Shown: positions 23,215 through 34,960 of the stretch, piece by piece
Position numbering within the stretch: the stretch's first letter is position 1
How the letters are laid out: every line of letters starts with the position of its first letter
DNA from: Chiloscyllium plagiosum
Taxonomy: Eukaryota
Assembly: GCF_004010195.1 (NCBI RefSeq)
Contig: NC_057759.1
Coordinates: 163,644 to 221,310 of the forward strand
DNA length: 57,667 bases
Direction: 5' to 3'
The notes under the pieces: model-generated
Seen by the model: only the letters and a program-made list of their open reading frames with translations
Told to the model about the DNA's origin: nothing
Database searches by the model: none
Program-made: the position numbers and the translations under genes

Positions 23215-25370
23215 GAATGGGGAGTGTCCCAGTTTTCCCAGCTCAGCTTTTCTCTGGTTTCAAATGTGGTTTTTGGCTGTCTGGCTATTGACTGAAAGCA
23301 GTCAGGCAGTTGAAAAAGCTGATGAACCCAAAGAAGCAGGTCCATGATTGTACTCTCTGTCTGACATCTCTCCTGTAAGATCCTGTGTTTGATTTTACCT
23401 TTTGTGCCAAGGGGTATTTATGGACATTATTGTAAATGTTGGGAACACCATCATTAAGTTGGTATAATCTGTTGGGTTTTCAGATTTTAAGTTATTTAGT
23501 ATTCTGTTCTCTTTTGTTTGTGTATCATTCGATAAATTTGTAAATCGAACTGTTTGGTTTAAAACTACATGGTTTGACCAGCTGCATTTCTCGTGGAATA
23601 TCTTCGTTACACCCGCTTAAAACAACTAGCAAAGTTAGGGTCTGGCTTACTTTATTGAAATGTTTGGAGGGGATCTGGCCTTTTCCATAACAGATTGGGG
23701 GCTGTTTGCAGAATTTATTCTGTAGTTCTGATTTGGAATTTGGGTTGTTGGACTCAAAGGCAGCGAGTGGTAAGTATTAGCGTTTTTTGTTCCGCGTGTT
23801 GAATTCAATTGGTTTACACAGCGCTTGGACGGCAGATGCTGGAGATCAGAGACGAAGGTGTGGTCCTGGAAAAGCACAGCAGGTCAGGCACCATCTGAGG
23901 AATAGGAGAATCAATGTTTCGGGCATCAGCCCTTCATTCGGAAACAGTGCTAGGGATAGCAAAGTCTCTTTGAGTCATCAAGAGTTTTCTGGGGATGGAA
24001 GAAGTGACTTCAGATTTTTGCAAAAAGTGATTAAGGCCAAGCTGCTGGAATTAGCAGACAAGCTGGAGCTTGACCTGCCTCCTTCCACGTGGAACAAGGC
24101 GATAATTACAGTAATAACTCAACATTTAAATTTGCTGGAAACGCCATCAGAAGCTTTAGAGAAGGCTAACATGCAATTGAAAGCGAATCAACTCGAGTTA
24201 GAGGCAAAGGTCAAGGAAAGGGCAACAGAAACAAAATAGTTTGAATTACGATTAAAAGCAGAAGAGAGGGAGAAGAGAGAGAAAAGGAAGGGGGAGTTTG
24301 AACCTTGGAAGTTGGCACTTAGACAGGAGTTCAAAAATTCACTTCCTAAATTAATGAGAACTCATGTGTAAGAGCAGAGTGTTAAAACAGCAAGACTGGC
24401 ATCGGGGAAATGGCTGATGATTGAGTTGATCAATAAATCAAAATTGGGCTGCTAAAATCAGTCCTGAAGAAGGGCTTATGCCCGAAATGTCAATTCTCTT
24501 GCTCCTCGGATGCTGCCTGGCCTGCTGTATTTTCCAGCACGACATTTTTCAACTCTGCCAAAATCAGTTTCAATCCACGAGGGATAATAATTGTGGATAA
24601 GAGAAATTCTCACATGGAAAGTAAAAAGTAGATCTCTGTGAAGATCATAAGGATAATTTACCACAGGGTAAAAAGGAAACCCTTGAAGGGGAAAGACAAG
24701 TGAAAAAGCTCTAGTGTTTTCAATAACGTAGGCCACATGGAATCCGTATTAGTAGGTTAGGAAAAGCACTGAGAAGCCAGATGCAGGAAAACAGGATAAG
24801 CCAGTGAATTTTGTTGGAGTGGTAACAGACAGCAATGTGTACAAGCTGGTTGGAGGTTGTTTATGGAGGAGGTGCCAGATCTTCTTAAACCATACACCGT
24901 GAAGGTGAAGTTTACTTGCATAGGCCAGGAGCAGCAGGTAAAGAGGTAGCAATATTCAAAGATACAATAATCCTCTCAATCTGTAATGCTAAAAGATGAG
25001 GATATTTGTACCTCTGAAAGGCTATTGCCAGAAAATGTATGAGTAATTGGAATTCACATTGAAATAAGAAATGCTCAATTGTAAGAAGTGAGGTTAGAGT
25101 GTATGGTGAAGAGGGGAGAAGTCATAGTAGGAGTACTGGACAAACTTTCAGCTCTGGGAATGCAATTTGTCCTTGTTAATGATGTTGATGATTCACTGGT
25201 GGGAATGCCGATTGTAGTTGAAGAGCCAATGGAAATTCAGGCAACTGGACTATTGCAGGATCCATCCTGGGATGTTTCCTGACTGTGTGGTAATGAGGTC
25301 ACAAAGTCACCAGTTGAAACAGGAAAGTTCAAAGAGTACAGATAAGGAAGTTGAAGGGAAATTAGCAGAG

Positions 25371-25567
25371 GAGAAAGTGAGGACTGCAGATGCTGGAGAT
25401 CAGAGCTGAAAATGTGTTGCTGGAAAAGCGCAGGTCAGGAAGCATCCAAGGAACAGGAGAATCGACGTTTCGGGCATAAGCCCTTCTTATGCTTATGCCC
25501 GAAACGTCGATTCTCCTGTTCTTTGGATGCTGCCTGACCTGCTGCGCTTTTCCAGCAACACATTTTC
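25371..25567. mobile_element. Penelope-like terminal fragment with fold-back structure
   Basis: Long inverted repeat around ~25485 and a 16-bp TSD agggaaattagcagag (25355-25370, 25568-25583). Confidence 0.8.
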
Positions 25568-26161
25568 AGGGAAATTAGCAGAGACCCTGTTCGATAAGAT
25601 AGTTGAGACAAACCAGGAAGAGATGACAAAGCAGATATCTTTAGCTCAGGTAAATTAACTGAGTTACAGCAAAAAGATGAAAATTTAAAGCAATTGTATC
25701 AAAAGGCATACACAAAACAAATCCAAATGTATCCCTGATTGTTATTATCTTAAAAATGATGTCTTAATGAGTAAATGGAGAACATCACATTCAGGCAGAT
25801 GAGAAGTGGGCAGAAGTTTATCAAGTTGTATTGTTAGTGGGTTATAAAAAGGACATGTTACGAGTATAGCACATGAGCTACCTGTATAGATTGTCTGTTT
25901 GAAATTCACATTATTTAATTGTCCTCTCTGTATGTGACAACTATTCAGTCAAGGATTAATTCTGTCCTTCTCAGTCACACAAACTTCATGTAAATATGCT
26001 TCATCCCAGTTGGAGAATTTGAACTGCAGGCAGAGGTTGAACAGGCTGGAACTGTTTTCCCTGGAGAGTGACCTTAGAAGTTTATAAAATCATAAGGCGC
26101 ATGGAGAAGTGGTGGAGCTTGGTACAATTTTAACATTTAAAAGGCATGTGAATGAATATAA

Positions 26162-27528
26162 TGAGAAAGCCTTAAAATTTGTCCTTAAATACTTAGAGTA
26201 AATGTAATGTTGAATTATAGAACACAAGAAAATATACAGCGCAGACAGGGAGGCATCAGTCCACAAAAAGGGGAACCGAGGATGTGTAGAAGATAAAACA
26301 CATCTGTTCTCACCAAGTGATAACAGGATGCTCTAAAGCAATTAAGAACATTTGCCTTAACATCAATCAATCTATGTAAAAAAGACCCTGTGATAACATT
26401 CACAGTTGTTAACTTATGAACTTAATGACAGTGTTTGATTGTGATCTCAGAAACTTTGATAGGACCTTACTGTTTATTGCAAGGCTTTTGACATGCTTCT
26501 GAGATGATCAATTATAATGGATTCTCATTACCCGTGTGCGTGTGTGAGAGAGAGATATGAATGTTTTGAATTTATTTGCATTTTGGGACTTTATGATGAT
26601 TTTTGAGTAGCCATCGTTGATTATGAAATGCAAACTCTAAAATGTAATATTGATGAAGCTTTAACTTACTTGGTGTTCCTACACACCACGACTGCCCCAC
26701 TGTCAATTCTAACTCGTCAGATCTTCTGTCTTCTTTGAATTTGAATCACAACCCTGAAAAGAAAGCATGTTTAATTTGAGATTAATAAACCATTTAAAAT
26801 TTAACGTTTTAGCCTCAGATACAGAATGATTTTGTGTTTAAGAGAAAAAACCGGAGTCTGCTCCTAGCTTAAAAATTATTCTAAACCTAACATTGAAGAG
26901 ATTCTGATACAATCTGTCAGGAAGCCATTTTATGGTCAAAGTTTGACCTCCTCTCTAAGATGCCATTTTGTAAAACAATGATATCTGACATGCAAGCTGT
27001 GCAAGGTTACCTTATGACCTCTTACACTTAGTTTAGACTGATACCTCTTTATGAAAGGGACTTACCTCACCAACAGGCAGTGACTGGGCTGGATCTGTTT
27101 TTCCCACCTGATGGATGGCTAAGGGCCTACAGGAGTAATCAGTTAAGCGCACACAGACCTGTTAATTTGCTTCTCTTCTTTACGAATTGTTGCCTTTCCA
27201 TTGTTGTCTAATTAAGAACATGCAGTGATTTTTGTAAAGTTTTGTAAAAAGGAAGCCTGTTTGAGACAGAAGAGTGGAGTAGTCTGCAACGGCTCTTAAA
27301 AGGAAGAGCTGGTATCCTACTTTTCTAGGGTTTTAGAACCTCTGCTAGCCTGGCTTATAGGAGGTAATGTTATGTTGTAGCACTGATACTATTGGTAAAT
27401 AAAGGAGAAGGCTAAAATTAAACAAAACTGTCTGTAAGAGGTTTTTATCTCCAGGACGAACCAAGAGAGGCATATAGATCTGAGTCCACAAGGGATTCCC
27501 TGGGCTGTTTCAAATCTGTACTTTAACA
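26162..27528 (+). mobile_element. Solo ERV LTR of the same family as 938-2465
   Basis: TG...CA ends, colinear with 938-2465, AATAAA at 27398-27403. It interrupts a CR1 3' end (26020-26161 and 27529-27665). Confidence 0.87.
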
Positions 27529-27754
27529 ATATGAAGGATTTATAGAGAGATGGGCTAAGTGCTGGCAAATGGGATTAGATTAAGTTAGAATATCTGGTCG
27601 GCATGGACAGGTTGGACCGAAGGGTCTGTTTCCACGCTATATGTCTCTATGACTTGATGACTCTTCGGTAACTCTTGCACTGTCAGTGAGCACAGTTTCT
27701 CTCCATCTCTGTACTTAACCCCTCCTTCACGGATGGTTGTTGAAACAATGCAAC

Positions 27755-28240
27755 AAGGCCCTAAAGGAGCCTTCCACATCCATCAAAGATTTACCTGCAC
27801 ATCCACTAATATCATTTATTGTATCCGTTGCTCCCGATGCGGTCTCCTCTACATTGGGGAGACTGGGCGCCTCCTAGCAGAGCGCTCTAGGGAACATCTC
27901 CGAGACACCCGCACCAACCAACCAAACCGCCCGTGGCCCAACATTTCAACTCCAGCAACTCGATCCCCTGACCTGTCCGGACTTGTCCGACCTGCCCAGC
28001 TCGTTTTCCACCTATCCACTCCACCCTCTCCTCCCTGACCTATCACCTTCATCTCCTTCCCCACTGACCTATTGTACTCTATGCTACTCTATCCCCACCC
28101 CCACCCTCCTCTAGCTTATCTCTCCACCCTTCAGGCTCTCTGCCTTTATTCCTGATGAAGGGCTTTTGCCCGAAACGTCGATTTTGCCTGTCCTCGGATG
28201 CTGCCTGAATTGCTGTGCTCTTCCAGCACCACTGATCCAA
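27755..28240 (+). mobile_element. Penelope-like element fragment with GIY-YIG endonuclease and terminal repeat
   Basis: FTCTSTNIIYCIRCSRCGLLYIGETGRLLAERSREHL (IIY/YIG motif with a Cys pair), followed by a terminal region carrying a hammerhead motif. Confidence 0.9.
28146..28185 (+). ncRNA. Minimal hammerhead ribozyme motif (PLE type)
   Basis: CTGATGA (28152-28158), stem II gggc-tttt-gccc, GAAA (28172-28175), short palindromic stem III acgt and a GTC cleavage triplet. Confidence 0.75.
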
Positions 28241-29227
28241 AATGTGGCCTATTTGTCTATCTTCATTGTAACTTTGAAAATGCTCTTAATAATTGCAGAT
28301 TTTAAGTTGTTCCTGAATGTCTATTTTGGATGAGGATTCAGTTTATCTATCTTCAACACTGGTGTGTAAATGTCAATGGGCTACATACCCTCTGTTTGTT
28401 AGAGGCAGCTGGTCACTCTTTGCCTTGAACTGAGGAAGTATTACAGTGTCTTAGTCCCTCAGGTATTTTTCTGGAGGAAGACACAAGGACACCACCTGTA
28501 GATCAACATGAGGCTAGTCTGGCAATATTGAACTGATCATTGTCACATTCACTAGGATGTGTTTTTTTTTAAAATCCAACAACTTAACCAGAACCACTGA
28601 TCTGATTCCATTGTTGCCCTGAGCTGCTCCTTGTCTGGGGATTGTGTTTGTTTTGCAAGTGATTTGATACCAATTGATTTGGAGATGCTGGTGTTGGACT
28701 GGGGTACACAATGTTAAAAATCACACATCAGGTGCTTCCAAAAAAACTGTTGGACTATAACCTGGTGTTGTGTGATTTTTAACATGATACCAATTGAGTA
28801 AGATCCAGAAACTGAGCAACAACTGCCCAGCACCATGAATGGGAGTACTCAACCACCACGATGCCTACACAGTTCAATATCCAACTTCCCAACTACTTGT
28901 TGGAAATAGGAAAAACTGCGCTATTTCTAATGTTTTTTATTGAGACCCCAGTGTATGTCTTTTTACAAGAGTGTCACATTCCTAAAGTTGGTCCACCCAA
29001 CCTCAAGAAAGAGCGGAAACAGAACGAAATTAAAACAGGGTTCAGAGGATTGCAAACCACAAGAATGTTCCACAGCAGCTTCTTCCCGCTCTGCCTCCCT
29101 CAGCAGGCCCACACACAGCCCGAGAAAGGCCTCTCTCTTCCCCCCAGCCCGCTCACTCCAAGTTCCGGGACCAGTTCCTGCTCCGCTCGGCCTCTTACAA
29201 ACAGCCCCCGGTTCTCCCTGAACTCAC

Positions 29228-29430
29228 CCCGAATCAATCCCGGTCTCGGAGCCCCCTCTGTGTCCCAGGCTCCCATCCCGATGTGCTGCTGGAAGGAGCC
29301 TGCTGTTCCCTCGCTTCCCTGGGCGCTGATCTCCCATTGCGGTCTGTTTCAAACAAACCTCTGAGTAAATTCTCCTGCATGGCAACGTTGGGGGAGGGTC
29401 TCACGCATGCGCTCCTCTACTCGGGGTCAG
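29228..29430 (-). promoter_or_regulatory. CpG-rich promoter and first-exon-like segment
   Basis: NRF1-like acgcatgcgc (29403-29412), RFX half-site catggcaac (29378-29386), GC-rich tract, and a minus-strand donor GG/gtgagt at 29227. Confidence 0.5.
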
Positions 29431-29444
29431 ATTTGGGAAGAAAA

Positions 29445-29900
29445 TGATTTGGAGATGCCCAGTGTTGGATTGTGGTGTAGAAAGTAACACAACACCAAAT
29501 TATAGTCCAACAAGTCTAAATGGAACAATTTATAGCAACATTTTAGTGTTGTAAATTGGCATAGACAGAGAACACAGGGGCTAACCTTCCACATACTGTC
29601 CAGCTAACACCAATTGTTACACCTAACCTGGGAATGCAACTTTAAAGAAAAGGTTTTGTGATTTACACGTGAAAGAAGTGAAACTGTCATGGTATTCGAA
29701 CAGATGAAAGACTCAACAAACAATCAAGGTATTTTTCAAATGTATAATTTCAGTTACATCACACTGTAAATTTTTGCAATAAATTGTGTGCCTTACAATT
29801 GTGTCCTCCTCAACCACCTGATGAAGGAGCGGCGCTCTGAAAGCTAGTGTGCTTCTAATTAAACCTGTTGGACTACAACCTGGTGTGTGATTTTTTTAAT
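29445..29900. mobile_element. Penelope-like element, second family, with inverted termini
   Basis: The two ends are reverse complements (aacaccaaattatagtccaac / gttggactacaacctggtgt). Related short pieces occur at ~135-175, 21355-21442, 28675-28785 and 38522-38705. Confidence 0.65.
29813..29852 (+). ncRNA. Minimal hammerhead ribozyme motif, second family
   Basis: CTGATGA (29818-29824), stem II ggagc-ggc-gctct, GAAA (29839-29842), palindromic agct with a CTA triplet, flanked by cac/gtg. Confidence 0.65.
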
Positions 29901-30039
29901 TTGGGGGAGAAAGGTTCGGTCCCAGACACAGTTGGGGCGGGAGTGAGCTGGAGGCGAAGCTGGATGATCAAAGCCATTTCCCTGCTCTGTCTGTCACTCA
30001 GTTTCCTCTCCGGACCCGCCTCTCACTCTGCCAGTTCTT

Positions 30040-30100
30040 TCTCAGTCAGGTCGGGCCGACCTGTATAAAAAAGGAAGGGGAGGAAGCTCGGCTCTCATTC
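30040..30100 (+). promoter_or_regulatory. Histone H4 proximal promoter
   Basis: H4-box-like tcaggtc, TATAAAA at 30064-30070 and cap-site-like ctcattc at 30094-30100. Confidence 0.7.
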
Positions 30101-30116
30101 AACAGCAGTGGAGTGA

Positions 30117-30437
<321 letters not shown>

Positions 30438-30464
30438 GAATAAAATGATCCTTTTCCAGCGAAC

Positions 30465-30510
30465 CCAAAGGCTCTTTTCAGAGCCACCCAAACTCTCCGA
30501 TAGAGAGCGT
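30465..30510 (+). promoter_or_regulatory. Histone 3' stem-loop and downstream element (H4)
   Basis: ccaaaGGCTCTTTTCAGAGCCaccca (stem-loop 30470-30485), followed by purine-rich tagagagc. Confidence 0.95.
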
Positions 30511-31831
30511 AGACCTGAGAACGGGGAAGGCAGAACGTAGCGAAAGGGTAGTATACTGTTGTTCGTTATTTTACATTTATCGCGATTTTAAAATTTGAAT
30601 TGCGAAAATATACTGATGCCGTGTTCTGCAGAGAGCATTCGGAGTGGACGGTCCACTTTGTTGCTGTTTACGGTAGCCAATGATTTAATGATTGCAACTA
30701 TTCCTACACTGTAGATAATAGGCTATTTGTCTAATCAAGACTACTGTAATCTGGTTATTCCATGTAAACAATCCCATCGTGACTTTTAAGATGCAGAAAC
30801 ATTAGGCCATTCTGCCCATCAAGCTTGTATGCCATTCGATCCTGGTCGATTTTTCTCACTTATTCTTGTGCCTGCTCCCCGTAACCTTCGATCCACTTTC
30901 TCGTGAATACCTGTCTATCCCAGTAATAATATCAACGTAGAACCCAGGCATTAATGTTACATATTGCAGTATTCATATTTTCGTGGTATCATACGCTACT
31001 CAGTTTTGTTTCTGGGAGCCTACGGATGTCTTAATGGTGCGTTCAATATATTGATAAAAGTGTGGTTCTGTAATCATAGATTGCAGAATTTAAAAATAAG
31101 TGTGATCTTAACATCAAATTTTGGTATTGGGTTAGATATTTCTGGAAAAAAAACCATCGAATGGACTCCCTTTGCGTTAACATGGCTTGTGGTGAGGTGG
31201 AGGCAGGAGAGATAAGGAAAAAATGGCGCCAAGAGACCAACGACTTATTTTCAAAGTTAAAAATGCCCGCCCTCACGTATAAAAGGGCAGCAAGTTTTAC
31301 AGAGGAGAATATGAGCACGTACACGTTGATTGCTTTTTCGATTACGAAATTACAGTGTCGACAATTTTACTTTACCCCATTCTCGCCTTTAAAGCTGAAA
31401 AATGCCTCACTGGTGTTCACTCTGCTCTCTCTCTCCCCCCCTCCAGAGGCAGGGAATAAAAGACCTTAATATGAACCGAGCAGAGAATAAAGCGCAGAGT
31501 CAGGGACCGTTCCTTGCTGTATCCTGCAGCGGCTGACCCATTACTGCACTGGGTCAACACACCTCTTCCTACTGCACTTAAAAGGAAATGTGAGGTCAAA
31601 CCCGATCGCGGACGTTCATGCCACCATTCTTCAACTGAAGACAGAGATCACTCAGGCAGCGACCGTTCAATAAGAAATCCTCTGGTTCAGGACACTGATA
31701 CAAATGCATTTTATGATAAATTCTTTCTCTGATCACAGTATCCAATTAAATGGAGCGTGGAATTCATTGATATCCGATACAAAGGCGAGAGCTCTCCCCA
31801 TTAAAAGTAAACTAATCAATCCAGAGAGTTT

Positions 31832-31878
31832 AGCTCCTTTCACAGATGCTGTGAGTGGCTCTTAAAAGAGCCTTTGGG
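31832..31878 (-). promoter_or_regulatory. Histone 3' stem-loop and downstream element (H2A)
   Basis: Minus strand cccaaaGGCTCTTTTAAGAGCCactca (stem-loop 31857-31872), then gtgaaaggagct. Confidence 0.93.
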
Positions 31879-31902
31879 TTATCAGATTCAAGAATGGTCC
31901 CT

Positions 31903-32357
<455 letters not shown>

Positions 32358-32414
32358 GGTCACAAACTCACAAGCACTTTCACAGAGAATGCTGCACTCC
32401 GCCCACATTGCGAC

Positions 32415-32612
32415 CTCTTATACCTTCGGGAGGAATGGTGGGGCGGCCATTTCTGATTGGTCCCATTGTCCAGCCCCGCCTAATGTTGTTTCAATTCCCA
32501 ATCAGATATCTGCCTCATTCCCCAATCCGGAGAGAGCACGGGGAGGAGGGAGGAAAGTACGGGTGGCAAATCATCAACCGCCTTCTTTCCAATTTGAAAA
32601 GTCCGCCAATTT
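32415..32612 (-). promoter_or_regulatory. H2A promoter
   Basis: TATAA at 32422-32418 and several CCAAT boxes (32456-32460 on -; ~32499, 32522, 32589 and 32606 on +). Confidence 0.7.
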
Positions 32613-33555
32613 CCAAACAAAGGAGTGTGTTTTACACTAAAAAATGAAGTACAAAAAAACTGAATAAGTTTAAAAAACGTTAATAGTCATGTTAATTTAT
32701 TGTACAAATGTATACATCACACGGTCTTACTCTCCCTCATTTGCCCACCTGTATCTGTCCATTTCTGATCTGGAGAGTGGGTTATTTTCTAAACCTTAAG
32801 AGGCTAAAACAAAACTGGCCAAACACTACATTCTGATAAAGCAGCACACGACATTCTTCCGGCTCAGTATCAATGGCGAACATGGTTGTTGAGATGAGAT
32901 GGTCTTGACCAGATCCAGCAAAAATCACATTTCAGTCCGGCAGCTATTTTGGTGTTCTCTTGGTTCACGTTGAAAGCCTCTCACCGACAGCAGAAAGTGC
33001 TTTGCCTTTTGCATTCTGAAAAATCGGATTTAAAACCACGCATTGTCAATGTAAAAAAAAGACTGAAATACATCCATCCGTGGGACTGAAAGCTGTGGGC
33101 ACTTCCGTTTGGTTTGCCAGGGTGAAAGTAAGTGTTAACATTCCACCAAGGCTTTTAACAACTTTAACAAATAAGATGAAAAGACTTTTTTTTCATCTGC
33201 TCTCTCTCTCTCTCTATAGACAGGCCTGTTTATGAAGTCGCTCCCCTCGCCTCGTCAAAATTAAATATAGTATGTGATTAAAAATACCTGGCCAAGAATC
33301 ACATGCAGACCAGAACAAATCAACCTTAAAAATGATTCACCGGTGCTTAATCTGCTGTCTCTCTATTGACAGGGGAAGGGGCTGTTTGTGATGTATTCTT
33401 ACCCCACCCCCTTCATTCCGCATCTCTCAAAATTGCAAACCAATTATAAAAGCGAAATGTAGTACGAAAATTACCTTATCAACATGCAAACTAAAACAAA
33501 CAATTCTTAAAGAAATGGTTCATCTATCTCAGGAAGGTTGTGGGTGGCCTTTTGT

Positions 33556-33821
33556 GGGCGGCACGGTGGCACAATGGTTATCACTGCTGCCTCACAGCGC
33601 CAGAGACCCTGGTTCAATTCCCGCCTCAGGCGACTGACTGTGTGGAGTTTGCACATTCTCCCCGTGTCTGCGTGGGTTTCCTCTGGGTGCTCCGGTTTCC
33701 TCCCACAGTCCAAAAAAATGTCCAGGTTAGGTAGGGGAATGGGTATGTGTGGGTGCGCTTCGGCGAGTCGGTGTGGACTTGTTGCCCAGAAGGGCCTGTT
33801 TCCACACTGTAAGTAATCTAA
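33556..33821 (+). mobile_element. Young HE1-type SINE, internally deleted, in the H2B 3' UTR
   Basis: HE1 head and core, with tail gtaagtaatctaa. Confidence 0.9.
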
Positions 33822-33864
33822 TTTGGGTCGTGGATGTGTGTTTGTTTCAGCGCAATGCGGTCCC

Positions 33865-34224
33865 TCACTTGGAGCTGGTGTACTTGGTCACCGCCTTTGT
33901 GCCCTCCGACACGGCGTGCTTGGCCAGCAGCAGCACGGCGGTCTGGATCTCCCAGGAGCTGATGGTGCTGCGCTTGTTGTAATGGGCCAGGCGGGAAGCC
34001 TCCCCCGCGATGCGCTCGAAAATATCGTTGACGAACGAGTTCATGATGCTCATGGCCTTGGAGGAGATGCCGGTGTCGGGGTGAACCTGCTTCATCACTT
34101 TGTAGATGGAGTAACTTTCTTTCCTAGTCCTTTTCTTCTTCTTGCCGCCCTTCGCTGGCGTCTTCTTGATGATTTTCTTCGCGCCCTTCTTGGAGGCTTG
34201 CTGTGCTTTCTTCTCATCAGCCAT
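33865..34224 (-). pseudogene. H2B: Histone H2B, open frame (119 aa) but probably non-functional
   Basis: [17 protein letters not shown]...TKYTSSK. In-frame deletions give ESYSIYKV (two residues short) and [10 protein letters not shown] (versus TAVRLLLPGELAKHA), plus SSWEIQ for SSREIQ. The stem-loop is lost and the TATA and octamer are degenerate. Confidence 0.88.
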
Positions 34225-34634
34225 AGCGCCGCTCACTTTCTGTCCCAGAATAAGGGAAAGCGAGCTCGGAACTCCCTTTTTACAGACTGACGGTGTCATC
34301 AATGCTATTGAAGGATGGGGGAAAGCCTGGTTCCTGATTGGGTAGTTTACACGGAACCATTCTCAAACACAGTCTCTGTGCTTGGTTAGAGTGGAACGCA
34401 ATGTGATTGTCAGAATCTGCAACGACATGTGAAGTGGATGGTGATTCTGTTCCTGTCAGTCTGACTGAGGGAGATTTATTTTGTGCCTGTCACACACAAA
34501 GTGACTGTGGTATTGGCTCTGTTTCCTTTTGCTCGTTGTTGAGCTGATGTGGGAGTGGAAGGGTGTGTTTCTAGCTCCGCAGGTCTGTTTCTGGTCCTTC
34601 TCTGGGCTGGAATTAACTGAGCTTGCCACTTTTC

Positions 34635-34960
34635 TCAGTGGTTAGCACTGCTGCCTCACCGCGCCAGGCCTGCTTCGATTCCAGTTTCAGACGACTGTCT
34701 GTGTGGATTTTGCACATTCTCCCCGAGTCTGAGTGGGTTTCCTTCGGATGCTCAGTTTCCCTCTCTCAATTCAAAGACATACAGGAAGTTGAATTGGTCA
34801 TGCTAACTGCCCGTAATGTTCCGGGATGTGTAGGTTAGGTGCATTAATCAGGGGTAAATGCAGAATAATGGGGAATGGGTCTGGTGGATTACTCTTCCGA
34901 GGGTCGGTGTGGACTTGTTGGGCCGAAGTGCCTAATTCTACACTTGGGATTCTAAGAATG
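34635..34960 (+). mobile_element. Older HE1-type SINE
   Basis: cagtggttagcactgctgcctcac...ttgcacattctcccc...gtggacttgttgggccgaag. Confidence 0.8.

Larger units (their letters stand above)
22692..25885 (+). mobile_element. Degenerate Gypsy LTR retrotransposon, 5' half (LTR, PBS, gag, protease, start of integrase), Gmr1-like order
   Basis: LTR ~22692-23692 ends ccataaCA and is followed by tgggggct (tRNA-Pro-type PBS, 23696-23703). Gag-like KAKLLELADKLEL, a decayed zinc knuckle near 24716-24750 and a decayed protease near 24950. FPDCVVMRSQ then precedes an integrase N-terminal-like segment (ELQQKDENLKQLY...YYLKNDVLMSKW...AHELP). Confidence 0.75.

Noticed and set aside
938..27528. The two related LTRs as ends of one 26-kb provirus
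   Set aside because: The first LTR follows env and is therefore a 3' LTR. No PBS follows it, and the second copy sits inside a CR1 fragment.
28861..29364. 167-aa ORF
   Set aside because: No recognisable domain. The low-complexity Pro/Ser content reflects the GC-rich promoter-like tract.
34225..34302. N-terminal extension of H2B in the ORF track
   Set aside because: It starts at a non-ATG codon and runs through the TATA region and 5' UTR. The real start is ATG at 34224.
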